From Marsupella aquatica (taxonomy: Eukaryota; Plantae; Marchantiophyta): a stretch of DNA of 64,000 nt. Of the stretch, positions 35,337 through 48,083 are shown piece after piece (the stretch's first letter is position 1; the number at the start of each line of letters is the position of its first letter). The stretch covers positions 11,471,775-11,535,774 of the forward strand of contig OZ316899.1 in NCBI GenBank assembly GCA_973895155.1. The letters are read 5' to 3'. The position numbers and the translations under genes are program-made. The notes beneath the pieces were generated by a model. That model searched no databases, was not told the origin of the DNA, and worked only from the letters and a program-made list of their open reading frames with translations.

Positions 35337-36564
35337 TCAATCCTGAACCTGAGCCCGGCTCACTCCAGATTGCGACGGCAGATTGGACTCGAACCAATCC
35401 CGTACTTGCCTTGCAAACTCAATCCTGAACTCAACCTCCTTCACTGCACTTCATTCTTGGGGGCACATACAGATCTCACACCTCCAATTCAGAACGTCAA
35501 GTTACGCATGCATAGTTGACTCGACTTCAAAGCTGGTACCAGGCCTAACGGCGATCTACCCCAGACTGCAATGAGGCCCGGCCTCATGCTTGCCCTGCAA
35601 GCTCAGCTCTGGCCATAGATCCCTTAGTGCTCTCCACCAGACAAAGGCCGGGACTCCCCATGGATCACGTAGCCTTGCCAGACTGAACTGTAAATGCTCC
35701 TCCTGCTGCCCCTTAATCAGTACCTCAGCCTCCCTAATGTGCCCACCGCAAATCGAATTGAAATCCTCCCCACAGTTTACAATCACCAATACATCACCTA
35801 TCACCAAGGCTCTGTATCGGGGGAAAAGAACCCAGTTGTGCTGCCCACTAGAAAGAGCCACAATCCAGCTCGCAAACCTAGCAACCCGTTGCTGTGAAGC
35901 TTGGCTGATTACTCCCTGAGTAATAGCACAACCAAGCTCTCCCCAACACGCAGCGTCCAAGTCCAGCCTTGCTTGCACAGAGCTCCTCCCCGCTGCTCAG
36001 TCTAAGTGAGATCACACAACTGAAGTCCCCCCCCCCTTGCCTCTACCGGGGGCTGCTCTATATACTCTCATACTGAGCCCAAATGGGTGGATACTACGCT
36101 GCTGGAGCCCCATCCCAGCCCTAACAGAGCCGCCACTATCTCTAACTACTGAACCCTAACTCGCAACTTTATTTCTATCTCGAATTGGCTATGTACTTCG
36201 GATTCGGCCCTCCTCCATAGTTTTCACGAGCTTGCGCCTCCTCTCCCGATTTCTCTATTTAACCATTTTCTGCGTGGATAGCAGCGTTGGAAGCGGCTTG
36301 AGCTCCTCTTTCCAACGAGGTCAATTATAGCCGATTTGGTCAAATACACAGAGAGTTATGCCCCCGCAACCGAGAGGGGGTACTCACTGCTGCGCTAACC
36401 CGAGTTACATAGCTAACCCGAATTTGGCTAACCTAGCTATCCTATCTAACCCGAGTAGAGCTAACCCGTGGTCTCAGGTTAGGCCGCTACCCGCTATCCG
36501 CTATCCGCTAACCTAGCCTAAGCTGAGCCCGAATCCGAGCTTACCTATGCTAACCTGAGGCCGC

Positions 36565-36740
36565 GCTGACCTGAGCTAAGCTGAAGCCGTGTTGACCTGA
36601 GCTAAGCTGAAGCCGTGCTGACCTGAGCTAAGCTGAAGCCGTTCTTACTTGAGCTAAGCTGAAGCCGTGCTTACCTAAGCTAAGCTGAAGCCGTGCTGAC
36701 CTGAGCTAAGCTGAAGCCGTGCTCACATAAGCTAAGCCGT
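36565..36740 (+). repeat. 26-bp tandem repeat, 6 full copies plus a partial copy
   Basis: Unit GCTGACCTGAGCTAAGCTGAAGCCGT. Confidence 0.95.
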
Positions 36741-37094
36741 GGTTAACCCGAAACTGAAGCCGAATCCGTTAATTCCGGTCACAAGTTAACCCGTCACACT
36801 AATCAGGCCGTATCTTTCTTAATACACCTCCGTTTCTCGAGTGTTTTATATTGATTTTACTCGCCTTGACCAGATCTTTCCAATGCTCTTTACAGATCCG
36901 GATTTGGTGACATATTGAAAGAGATATGGTCGTCGACCACCCGCGACATAGCTTTTATTTCCCTACTCTTAACGCCATGATTGCCCTTATTCTTGCCATC
37001 TTGCTAATTGTTATGCAATATCAATAGCTACTCCTTGCGTACAGCAACCTACTTAATCAGATTACAAAATAAGGACCACGTCATTGGCGTCACA

Positions 37095-38990
37095 CTGGTT
37101 GCTACCTTGGGTAATCTTGGCTTGCCGAGAATGGCCTTCCTTAACTGCTTCCGGAAGTACGGGCTATTTTTCAATAGTTGACCTACTGTTGCCGAGACTC
37201 TAGATTCTAGTACATCTTTAGCCAAGTCATAGGGGACTATCGGCTTCTCTTTTGCCGGTGTCTCTATATTGGCTTCGGCCTGTTTTTTCACGCTAGTTTC
37301 CACAGCCCTTGGATCCTCCGCAGCAAACAACGCTTTTGCTCGTTTCACATCTTTGGCTATGGCTTTGGTATTCTCCAGGGTTTCCAATTCTCGCAGTTGT
37401 TCCTTAACACTAGCCGTAATAGAGGGGTAAAACAACTTAGGGTGGTCTCGATTGAAGTCGTTGTCCTGTGAAGGATTGGGCTCATTGGTGGGCTCATGGC
37501 TTACCTGTGTTGTCGGCGCCCTTCCTTCTCCTTCCATGGATGTTGACGAAGAGTCGATCTTTTCTTCTTTAACCTTCCCTTTATTTTTGGCCAGCCCATC
37601 CCACCTTCCCTTCCTTCTGGTGGATCGAGTAGAGACCCGGTAGCAATCATGATCCAAATCCTCTTCTGAAAATGTTGATAGAGCCTCGGCCTCATCATCA
37701 GATGGTCCAAACTCTGCCTCGACATCCACTTGCCATCCGAGTTTGATGTGGTTGATTTGAACTCCTCCTGGGGTAGTACCCGACGGCAAGACCTTGACCG
37801 GCAAGAGCTTATGATTTGCGGCAAGTCCTGCCAACCAAGTAGGACATTGTCCTAGCATGTGACCCTCCTGTCGGCATCCCATACATAGCTGAGCTGGTTG
37901 TCCATCACCTTGTTTGCGTGCATTCGGGCATTCTCTAGCAAAATGGCCAGGTTGACCACAATTATAGCATGCCGCAAATCTTTGCACATTCAGCCTAGGA
38001 GGTATTGACAGATTCTGAATGATCCGAGGATACATTTCTCCCGGATTGTTCCTTAATCCTGACCAGAGAGATGCAGGTTGGTTGGATAGGTCTCGTGCTC
38101 AAGTCTCACTGATGCCAAAAACACTATCAGCGGCATCCCCTAGAAAGTACTCTACTTCTCCCTAACATGGTCTGACCTCAGCCACATGCCAAACATGACT
38201 AGAATTAAGTTTAGGACATGCGTCTTTATGGTGTCCGGTTTTATAACATAAGGCACACCATACAGAGCTATCCTCAAGTACTACTTTCTTCTTTGGCATC
38301 CTCGAGTACTACTTTCTTCTTTGGCTTTACCTCTGCTATTATAGCCTTAAGCTGCTCGGTAAGAGCTACGATGTTATCTGGTGTTTTAGCTTCTAGCTTG
38401 ACTTTCAACTTCCCCCTCCTTCTACCCTTCTATTTCTGAGATTTTTCTTCTTCAGAACTAGAAGATGACTCACTCTTGCTACTTCCACTATCCGAGCTTG
38501 AGTTATCACTTCTTGACTTCTTAGAATGTTTCTTTTTCTTATCTTTTTTCTTATGGGGTGATCCTTCCTCCGATGAGGAACTCTCAGACTTGAGCTGTTT
38601 CTTCCATCTTGTGATGTCTGCATTAATGTACAATTGAATATCTCTAATTGCCTTGGCTAAAGTCTCTGGGTTCTCCTTCCTAATTGCAAAACTCATCTTC
38701 TGTGGCAAAGCATTCACCAACCATTGAAGTTGCATACCTTTAGATGCATTGGTCTTTGTACGTCTTACTAGCTTTTGGAAGCGTTGCAAGAACTTTCTAA
38801 AGGATTTGTTCTCCTTGAACCAAAGTCGTCCCAACTTCAGCACTGCTAGCTCTAAGGTTCCAATGGGTCGAAACTCCTTTACAAATAGTGATTTGAAGGT
38901 ATGCCAGATGGCTTGATCTTCCACATCCAATGCTCTGTACCAGGGCCTAGCCTCACCCTTGAACAGGCCGGGAAGAATCTGCATCTTCTT
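37095..38990 (-). pseudogene. Family C gag (core and zinc knuckles), degenerate
   Basis: ILPGLFKGEARPWY, CYNCGQPGHFAREC, CYRVSTRS and ATVGQLL are all shared with family A gag. Confidence 0.9.
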
Positions 38991-38994
38991 TGAA

Positions 38995-40625
38995 GTTTGT
39001 TTTCTTTTATTAGTATAACCACGAAAGACCCCATGGCAGGGGGATATAGCCCACAGCACCAAAAAAACCAGAAACAGCCACATCCAATATGAAGGACAGC
39101 CAGTGACGCAGATTGTGTTTGCCCCAAATCAACAGTGGGGGCCAACAGCAAGCCAAGCATATCATGCATGCCCAGAATTTAGGGGGCCAATATCTATCAA
39201 GGCAAACTAACTAGCTATACACAGCTCTCCTGTACCCGAGCCCTCCAAGGGCCAATACAGAGCAAGGCAAACTAACCGCTATGCACTGCACACAAATGCC
39301 CGAGCCATCTGCCAGAAACCAAGGCGACAATATACTTCATCCCTGAGATCCAAAAAGACCTCAGCCAGACGTGATCCAAACCTGATGACTACGCAGCCAC
39401 ACCACTCTCTCCTGATTAATAAGCTCTTTAACATGCATCATTCTTGTGCGCCGCCTGCCTAGGGGCAAGCTCAAGCCCACCGCAGTAACATGATCGGTTG
39501 CCTCCGATAATAGGAATCTAAGATCAAATTTCCTGCAGCCATTCGCCTGAAACTCATGTACATTCCGTCCTAACCACAATGACCAGAGGATCTGGTAAAA
39601 AATGAATAGATTTGCAACTGTTCTGTGTTCTCTACCTAGTATTAGATCCATCATGGATAACATCCTACTCGAGTAATCAGGAAAGGTGCCTTGGAAGCAC
39701 CTAGCACTTAATGCCCAACATTTGCGGGCATGCACACACTGGGAAAAGAGGTGGGGCATGGTTTCAGTGACACCGCTACACAGCTTGCAAAATCCATCTC
39801 CCTTGCCTATGCGGGCTGCTCGGATTCCTGTAAATAATCCAGAGGGTAGGACTCTCCAGACAAAAGTTTTTGCCCGTGAGGATAGATCGGATCTCCACAG
39901 CCCAATCCAGGTCGCCTTCCATTCACCTGCCAATTTTGTGCTGCCCCAAGTGCAATTCAGACTAAGAAAATCCTCCACAGTAGGGCTAAGTAGAGAGTAA
40001 GCCCGCCTGTTGGTAATTTGAAAGGCATTCATAGGGGCCGGATGATCCGCCCATCGCCAACATCGAGCTCCAGTGACATAGTGCATACAACATCCATCAA
40101 TCTCTGTAACCTTCTCTAGAAACTCCCTGCAACAGCCTCGCTCACGTGTAGAGAACCCTCTAATGTGTGCCAGTTGTGCAACCAAATCACGCCACGTTTG
40201 CAACTCAACTGACCAAAGATCTTGGATACTGCGTATGCCCAAGCGTCCACAGAGCATTGTTACCGCCATAAAATCCGCATTAGGCCACGACTGAAAGCCC
40301 TCAAGGCAGCGTAGTGTATCCATTACATTCCACCTGCCAGGCATTAAACCATTGGGGAAAAGATCAGATGAGGTCTTAATTGCATCCAAGCTTTCCATAA
40401 TCCTCCAGTATATGTAAGGCCATTAAATGATCGTGGAAAGCAAAGCAACATTTTATCCCTGAAAGAATACTTATTCCTCCTGATCCACTTAAAATTCATC
40501 CAGCTAACCAATTTCAGATTTTCTGCAAAGAGGCAGGCCCATTCCGTGCCAGGGGAGTCCAGTGCTCCCGTAAACCATTTAGAGAGAAGAGCGTCCGAGT
40601 GGCAACGAAAGTCTTTCAGCCCCAG
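38995..40625 (-). mobile_element. 5'-truncated L1-type LINE inserted in family C gag
   Basis: Begins LGLKDFRCHSDALLSKW. ORF 39361-40398 has a zf-RVT motif (LSSRAKTFVWRV..CKLC..ETMPHLFSQC). Related to the LINE at 12632. No TSD found; boundaries approximate. Confidence 0.85.
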
Positions 40626-40853
40626 GACTCACTTCTCCTTACCGACTCTTCTTCTGGTATGTCTTCTTCGACGCCACTTTCAGTTACGGAGTGACTAGCT
40701 CTTTCTGCCCCTCTTAGTCGCTGTGTATCATGCCACCCGGCGAGTAGCTGCAGACGAGCTCTCTCCCGTTGAATCGCTCTTTCCTCCCTTGGCGTAGTTT
40801 CAGTCATTACCTACGCTTCCTCCCTAACTTCATATCTCACGGCTTAAGAAATG

Positions 40854-40872
40854 CCCCCTCCATCTAGCGCCA
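40854..40872 (-). promoter_or_regulatory. PBS, tRNA-Asn-like, family C
   Basis: TGGCGCTAGATGGAGGGGG, 4 nt after the LTR end. The gag ATG is at 40807. Confidence 0.85.
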
Positions 40873-40876
40873 AAAA

Positions 40877-43800
40877 TGTGGTGCATCCCATGGCTTCCTA
40901 AACCCAAGAAACCCCTCTGCACAAGCCGATTCCTGCAGGTTTCACTCTTGGCGAGGCCAATTTCGTGGCTTAGCGGCATGGGACGTTGCTAACTTCCTTC
41001 TACTACTATTACTATTAACATTTTACTCACATATACTGGACAGATCCTTCATCGGGTCATGAGATACATAGCCGGCCTATTCTAGGCCTTCCCTTGTCCT
41101 CCTCTCTTGGTTTTCCTTTAGGTATGTTTGGATTCCGCCGACGGAATGATCCCCAACTGGCTTGGGTAAGCCGCTAAGACCTCTCTCAGCTCGACACATC
41201 CAACTCTTACTACCTTGCTTACTCCCTTCTTGGTTGATGTGGGCAATCTTCAAACAGGTTAATGCGACACACAAATAGCAAAATGACTCCTTCTGACTGC
41301 GTTATACCATGCACTTGCCATACAAATAGTACTTCTCATATACAAGATCTGCGAACTAAGCTGTGAGGCCAACTCTATTCATCTCTTAGGTATGAGGAAA
41401 CATGACTATACACAAGGGTCACAGTATAACTAACCGAGAGCTTCTTTCACTACTTGATCCCAGCCATGCTGGTGCACTAAAAACTTGCTAAGGAAGAAGG
41501 CCCTGAACTCCCTGCTGCCCAGGTACTTATCTTGGCAATGGATCCGCCTAATTCCTTGCAGCGTAAGCCTAATCTACCTAACTATAATCTACCTATGTAC
41601 AGCGAGGCAGGAGCACAAGTGTTGCTCTCACCAGTGGATCCGCAGTCCCACTAAGCTAAGTGTTAGGGCCGCCTCTTGGTCCTGATCCTAATTCTAAACT
41701 TGGAGATCTGAGCCCGCCCTGCCCACTCACGCCTACTCCCTCCACGTCCGCCCTCCTTAAAAGGAGCGGCCCTTCACCACCGTCATGGCAGCGGTGTCTG
41801 GTCCTCAATGGACGCCCCCAACACTTCCTCCGCAGCCACTACCATAGGTCCGTCCTCTGACAAATTACCTGCTCCGGACCGAGTCAACTCTCCATCTGCC
41901 TGACTGGGTCCACCCTCGGCTTTGGCCTCAGTATTGGCCACGGTCTCTAATACGGCTACGGCCTCCCCTACATGCTCTAGTGGTGGATCCAGTACCCTGG
42001 CTTCATCACCGAGTATCCTGGCCTCGGCTTTGCCATCCCCGCCTTCTAGGGCAGTTGGATCCTCTGCCGTGACCCTGCCTGAGGTTGGTGCTGGGTTTAC
42101 CTCCTTGGTCACGATGGCTTGAGGAGCCGTATTACTCCCTGACCCAGAAGGTTTCCGCTTCTTCTTCTTCCTTGGTTCGGCAGCTAGCCCCTTCCCCTTG
42201 GCACTTACCTCCGGCACCGGTGCAAGTATCTCGGCTTGTCCTTCGGCCAGTACTACTCCTGGCAACTTGGTTGCCCCTATTGGAGTTGGACTTGAGGAAG
42301 CTAAGCACTTAAATACTGCGGCCTGTTTCTTTAGCCGCTGCATTTGGTTGTCGGCTCGCCGCTGTAAGTTCTCCATCTTTCGCGTGCTTTCCTCCAACTC
42401 CTCCCGCAATTCATCCAGGTCCTTGCGCGCCTCCTCCTGCTCCTTCTGGGCTTCCTCCAACTCTCTCTGGGCTTCCTCCAACTCTCTCTGGGCTTCCTCA
42501 AGCTTCTTTTTTAAGGTAGCCCTCTTTTCCTGGGTTGCTCTTAGCTCCTTGTCGAGCTCTGTTACGACCTCAAACTCCATTTTATTCATCTTGGCATAAG
42601 TTTGGTCAAGCTTGTCATCTTTCTCATGGAGGTCGGCCTTGAAGCTGGCCGTCATGGATGCGAGCTCCTATCGTAGCACAATTATTGCCTGATAGGATTT
42701 TCCTAACTCGGCTTCCTTCTGCTCAAGGGCTCCGCGGATATCCTCGAGCTTCCCCTTCAACGCCCTCTCCCTTCTCTGGGTTTCCGCCATGGCCCGGTTG
42801 TTGGCTGCTATGTGGGCCTCCTTTGCATCCCTTAGCTCTTGCTTCCACTTCTCCCTCTCCTTGATCGCATCGGCCAACTCTCCTTGGGTCCGAGTTAGTT
42901 TATCCTTGATAATCTGATTATCAGACTGCCCGGTATCCAATTGCCCCTGCATGATGTTGAGCTCATGCCGCTTAATCCGCAGCTTGTCTTGGGCTTTCTT
43001 GGCCGCCTTTAGGTCTTCTACCTCGGCTTCCCTTGCCCTAAGCCGATGGATGACCTCGTCCTTCTTGCTTCTCTCCAAAGCCACCGCTTCTTCTAATCGG
43101 CGCTTCTCCAACATTTCCCTCTGAAAAAGGGTCCCTGCTGCAACTCCTCCCCAAAGATGCTGAGCGCAAGTTCTCCACACATCTCCCCATACTCCATGGC
43201 TTGTTCTTTAGCATAGGCGGAGTGAGTAGAAGTCATCCACCACAGCCTTTGTTCCCAAGCCGCCTTGCAAATTTCTTCTATCGTGGCTGGAGGGCTGCTT
43301 TGTTTTTCTGCAAGCCGCCTGATGTCCTCTGGCCATTCTCCTCTTGGTAAATCTTTCTCCCTAGCCAGGGCTGCCCCTTCTTCCTCCCTGAGTCATTGCT
43401 AAAATTCCTGTGCCGTCTGTTTTATGCCGTCAAAGCTCGGGGGAGCGACATCTGGTGGGGGAGACTCGGGGCTGCTATGCTGGGTCGGGTCCCCTTGAAC
43501 TACTCTTGGAAGCGTGGGGATGAACCTGCCACAGGTCCTTATTCCTGGAACATGATGGTCCAACCCGTAGCCAGAGTCATCATTGTCGTAGCCGTCTACC
43601 CCCTTCTCCTCGGCTTGGACTACCGGCTCCCCCTGCTGCTCTCCTGGTCTTGCCGTGAACAGGGCCTCACAGATCACGGGTCCTGGTTCCTCCGGCTTCC
43701 ACGTTGATCTCTTCTTCTCCCTGTCGTGACCAGGAGCTTTGGGCTGCTTTTCCTCAGCTTCAGGACTTGAAGCTCCTACATACATTTGGACTCCCGGCTC

Positions 43801-44546
43801 GTGTTCCGGCCTCCTTCTCTCCTTGACCCTGGTAAACGGGTTTTCCCTGGTAAGTTGGCTAAGGCCAACTTTGGGAGCAGTATTCTGTACCGGTCCCATT
43901 GCCGTTGCCGTTCTCCTTTCCTTCTCCAGCAATTTCAGCAGATTCTGCATGCCTGGTTGCTGCATCGGCAAGTCCTCCTTCCTCGGCCTAAACACCCGCT
44001 CAATTGTAGGACTGTCAGGCTGGGTCAGTTTCTCTTTTGCCGGCCTTGGTTTTGGAACCTCCTCTGGTGCTCTTGCCTACAGGGGAAGTACCGGGGCAAA
44101 TATCTGACTTCCGGCATACCAGCACAACAACGACATATGATAGCCAAGCCGGGACACGCTTCCCATGCCGATCACCAGCTGTTCCTCCTTCAAGATCTTC
44201 TTTAGTTGGGTGAGGAGGTACCCATTGTAGTCCCCTCTTGGGTCTGGCCTCTCCGCCAGATAGACCTGTGCCTTGCCAATCTCTGCCCTTGGCAAGTTGC
44301 AATGCATGGTCACCCGCAAGAAATCGATCATTTCTCCTATGTGCGGGTTTGTGCAGGTGTTTCGGAAGAAGCCATTCTTTGTTGATGGCCCCCGACGTCC
44401 TTACTTTCGGCCTCGGCTCGGTTTCTATAGTCACCCTTAATTGTTTATATTTTCCCTATTTTTGTTACTATACTAAGGTGTTTCCTAGGGTACACTCCTG
44501 ATTTTACTATTTAAACTGGCCTAATGATTCCTGGCTAGGCATCACA
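40877..44546 (-). repeat. Family C 5' LTR (3,670 bp, with an internal deletion near 44390) containing the LTR gene
   Basis: TGTGATG...CACCACA termini. ORF pieces 44077-44331, 43399-43995, 42668-43180 and 41783-42655 are homologous to the family B protein. Confidence 0.88.
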
Positions 44547-44550
44547 ACAG

Positions 44551-45018
44551 GTAAGCTTTGAAATTGGGAAGAGCGTCTGGTTGCAGTTGAGACCAGAGCA
44601 ATACCACGGGAACATAAGTAGGAAGCTGGCTCCCAGATATGCGGGGCCCTATCGCATCATACGATGGGCCCACAAGGATAATCCGGTTTCGGTGGTGTTG
44701 GAGACACCCAAGGAAATGGGCGTGGGCAAAAGCTACCATGTCAGCCGGCTCAAGAATTTTGTCAAAGACGATGATCCCAACCGGGATCAGGCCTTGCGTC
44801 CGGATGCCATGCTGGTGGAGGACGCGGAGGAGTTTGAGGTGGAGGCAATTCTGGGCCACCGTTACAAACGCAAGTTGGGAAGGCAAATCTTAGAGTATTT
44901 GGTGAAGTGGGCTGGCTATGATCAGGTTGAGAGTACTTGGGAACCGGAGGAAAATTTGGGTAATGCCTCAGAGATCCTTGGAAGCTATCATAAGCGAAGC
45001 GGCCTACCGCCGTTGTGA
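44551..45018 (+). pseudogene. Chromovirus integrase C-terminus with GPY/F motif and chromodomain
   Basis: KLAPRYAGPYRII, then EEFEVEAILGHR..EYLVKWAGY..STWEPEENL with the aromatic cage residues kept. Confidence 0.93.
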
Positions 45019-45156
45019 ACTGGTACATGCAGCTGTAGCTACCTTTGTGAGTTGTATCCTAGTTTCACTCCTCTCGGTCTCTTAAGGATAAAGTTGGATC
45101 GCGTTGGTGCTAGAGGTTGTTGGGCGGCTGATTTTCTTTTTGCGAGTGGAAGTTGA

Positions 45157-46205
45157 TGGTGCCCGCCTTACATCTATGGGCGGGCTGGTCCGAACCAAAG
45201 GGGAGGACAATGGGTCCGACGAGTTTGGAGTTAGCTTACCCGTTTGGACTGGTATCCTACTTGGATAAGTGGGATAGGTCCGGGGGTGGCAGGTCTCCAG
45301 AAGCATATACGAGGGGAGTGGTGTCTCCCTGGGGGCTAAGGCCAAGCCGAAGTCGTGAGCCGCAGCGGTCGCGCCACTAAGGGAAACCGCCAAACGGAAA
45401 TGGCGATATCTTCCTAACGGGAAGTCCGTTGGAGGAATTCTTGGGTGCGTTGGAAAGCTCTTGAGAAGGGCTACGCCTCCTGAGCTCAGATGGGTCCCGG
45501 GGCGCCATGGGTTCTCGTGGTTTGCGGGTGTTAGCTTGCCCACTTGCCAAATCCTGCCGAACAGCAGCCAAGCCGCGTTCAGCCTCCCAAGGGAGCTTGC
45601 GTTGGGGAGGTAAGGCCAAGTAGGTATGGAGGCTGAGTCCCAAGGATGCTCGGTCCCTAGACCATTAGTGGGGCGAACCGGGAGCGGTTGTTAGAGTCGG
45701 GGCCGTTCTGGTCCCGGCGTGTTGAGACAAGCTTGGGACAAGCTTTAGGTCAAGCTATGCTAATTGGACCATGAGCATGTCCTCAGGTCAGGGCGGTCAG
45801 TTGGTGATGGATAGGTACAAGGGGGAACCCGGGCCGCGCCCAAGGAAGGAGCTGTCCTGGACGGACAGTGGACGTGGGTTCTGGTTCCGGCTTATGGCAT
45901 CAGGAGGACCTATCGCTGACCTATTTACCAACGTCTATTGAGCTTGAGTTAGGATGCTAGACTTGGCGAGTTCTAGATCTGGAGGGGTTACTTACCAAGG
46001 TGCTTGGTTGCTTGTGCACACAATGAGGACCGTTGAGTAGCGGTCGTGTAGGTGAGCAAGTGCGGCTTTGTATGGGAGGGGCCGGAGGTGGTGCTAGAGG
46101 CACTTGGATGCTTGCTCGAGGTATTCCGTGGAGGCGTTCGGGCACCAAGGGCACTTAGGCGCAAGTGCTGGGATTGGTGAGGGCTATGGGTGGCTAGGTC
46201 CACCA
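45157..46205 (+). repeat. Chromovirus 3' LTR
   Basis: TGGTG...CACCA after a T-run and the purine-rich GAGTGGAAG. Aligns with 16713-17617. Confidence 0.75.
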
Positions 46206-47954
46206 CTACCAGCCACCCCATGCAAACCCAACCCCCTCTACCATCATATTTCAAGGGTCGGACATCAGCACTTTGACTCCTGTGCAAGCTAGGGTCTGTC
46301 CTTGCCCAAACCCGAGTGGGCATAATCTAGACGGGAATCTAGAGTACCCGGAACTCTTTGCACCGAGCACGCTTTTGAAAGGGTTGCTGGGAGACTTCTC
46401 CCAACAAATTGCGCGGGATACCGGGGAGTACATGGCACGGAAGGTGGCCTACTTCTTCAACCAGGAATTGGTTGCAGCAGTGCGAGCAGGGCATGGATAG
46501 GCTGAGGGCATGCAGAGGATAGAGCGATATCGGGTTGAGTCTACCCACCTGAAAGACAAAGTTTCAGCCCAAGAGACCAAACTCCAACTGCTTTGACCTC
46601 AGATAGCGGCCATAGAAGATCAGGTGGCCAAACCTAGGGCCCGAGCAGCCTTGGCAAAAGAGGCCGGAGTTGGGAAGGATGTTGAGATCGCACGACTCCA
46701 AACTCAGATTGACGGTATGAAGGGACAAGCCATCATCTGGCAAAAGGATGTGGAGGAGGCCGATGCCCGGGCCCAAGAAGACGCAGCCAAGATAGACGCC
46801 CTGAAGGCGGAAGTGGCACGGCTTCAAGGAGAAGCCACAAAGCAGGCCCAATTGGTGGACAAGCTGACAAGCAACGCCCAGCAATTGGAAGAGGCATGCC
46901 AGGAAGCCGCTAAGGAGATGGACGTGACAAAGCAAGAGAATGAATCTCTGCTGGACCAGGTCCAGCTACTCAAACAGGACGCCAACCGGCTTGGGAGGCA
47001 GCGGGATGGCCGCTCCAAATCCAACTCAGGCAGGTCTGGCAAGCGTGCCAGACATTAGCGGCGGAGTAGGTTTAGGATAGAGTTAGAAGTAGGGTAATCA
47101 GACGATAAGGACAAGCGCCAAAACTAGTTAGCAGCACTGTCCTATCCAACCGACCTTCATAGTTAGAATCTTAGAATAAGACACGTTGTTTTATGGCCTG
47201 ATAGTTAGCAGGGTTTAGAATCTTGGATAACATATGGATTCAAGCACGCGGCCGCTCCAAGCCCCGACTCTTAGTATTTAGTGCACCCCCCGGTAGAGGC
47301 AAGGTGGTTTTAGTTTCAAAACCGGGCATCCGTAGTATGTGCGGGGAGTCCCGGCCTTTGTGAGTAAAAGAGTACCAAGGAGGGAGGGTACAACTAAGCT
47401 TGCTGGGCGAGTGCGGAACCGGGCTTTGTTGTAGTGTATGTCTCTCTGCCGTTGGGCCTGTTCACTCAAGAGATGTTGAGTCAACCGTGTGTATGTGTAT
47501 GACGAGTTTTGAAGTAAAGTCTTTTCCCACCATTTCCTTTGTGTAAACCAAGATTGAATGCTTGTGAGTTCAGTTGCATGTATGAATCTCGTATATGGGT
47601 AGAGAATGTTTGGCCAAACGCATTACCCAAGCCGCGCACGAGGCGTTGGCTACGGATAGTGGTTGCGAGCCCGGTTTGGATACCTGTATCATCGGATTCG
47701 GATTGGAGGCGGACAGCACGAAGGCTTAGAAGCCCTTAAGCCGGGGTTGATCTTGCCATTGACTTAAGGTACGTTCCGGCGGTAGAACACAAGCTATACC
47801 CATGACATTTCTGTAAGTAGGATTAGGCGCACTTAGCGCTAGATTACGGGAGTAAGGTTTAGTTTGCACATCCCTCCTTGCCCGAACCCTCAAAACTAAT
47901 GAAGATAATGCCCTAAGCCAAAATCCGTGTAAGGACAAAGCTTACGGTGTGACA
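46206..47954 (+). repeat. 3' part of a family D-like 5' LTR with the C-terminal part of the LTR gene (46273-47058)
   Basis: Homologous to the solo LTR region 19239-20900 (CPCP..PELF..LLGDFSQQIARDTGE; ends GKRARH). Ends GTGTGACA. Confidence 0.9.
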
Positions 47955-47967
47955 TAGCCTTTGTTTT

Positions 47968-47985
47968 TGGCACTAGATGGAGGGG
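47968..47985 (+). promoter_or_regulatory. PBS, tRNA-Asn-like, family D
   Basis: TGGCACTAGATGGAGGGG, 13 nt after the LTR end. Confidence 0.78.
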
Positions 47986-48083
47986 CCATTCTAAGTATAG
48001 TAGAATGGAGATATGTGCCTATGTACATGATCACGAGACCTAGGGCCCCAGATAGTTGCTAACCATTACATTTATAAGAGTAG

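Larger units (their letters stand above)
34628..37094 (-). mobile_element. Family E solo LTR (2,467 bp), relative of A/D without the gene
   Basis: TGTGACGCC...CGTGACA with an exact TSD CTGGT at 34623-34627 and 37095-37099. Shares the motifs GTTGACTCGACTTCAAA, GGCCGGGACTCCCC and CCGGTAGAGGCAAGG with the A and/or D LTRs. Confidence 0.92.
27661..44546 (-). mobile_element. Family C Ty3/Gypsy element (non-chromovirus, no additional RNase H) nested in the chromovirus integrase
   Basis: Layout: 5' LTR 40877-44546, PBS, gag-pol, 3' LTR remnant 27661-30772. The host frame DKHRRQ|VSFEIG rejoins in phase when the element is removed. Confidence 0.9.

Noticed and set aside
36565-36740. Regular short repeats resembling a CRISPR array
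   Set aside because: Head-to-tail 26-bp units with no unique spacers, inside a eukaryotic solo LTR, and no cas genes nearby.
16311-46205. One intact chromovirus spanning 30 kb
   Set aside because: The LTR 5' parts do not align, the flanks (CAAGC versus CTACC) are not a TSD, and the interior is rearranged. It is reported as parts.
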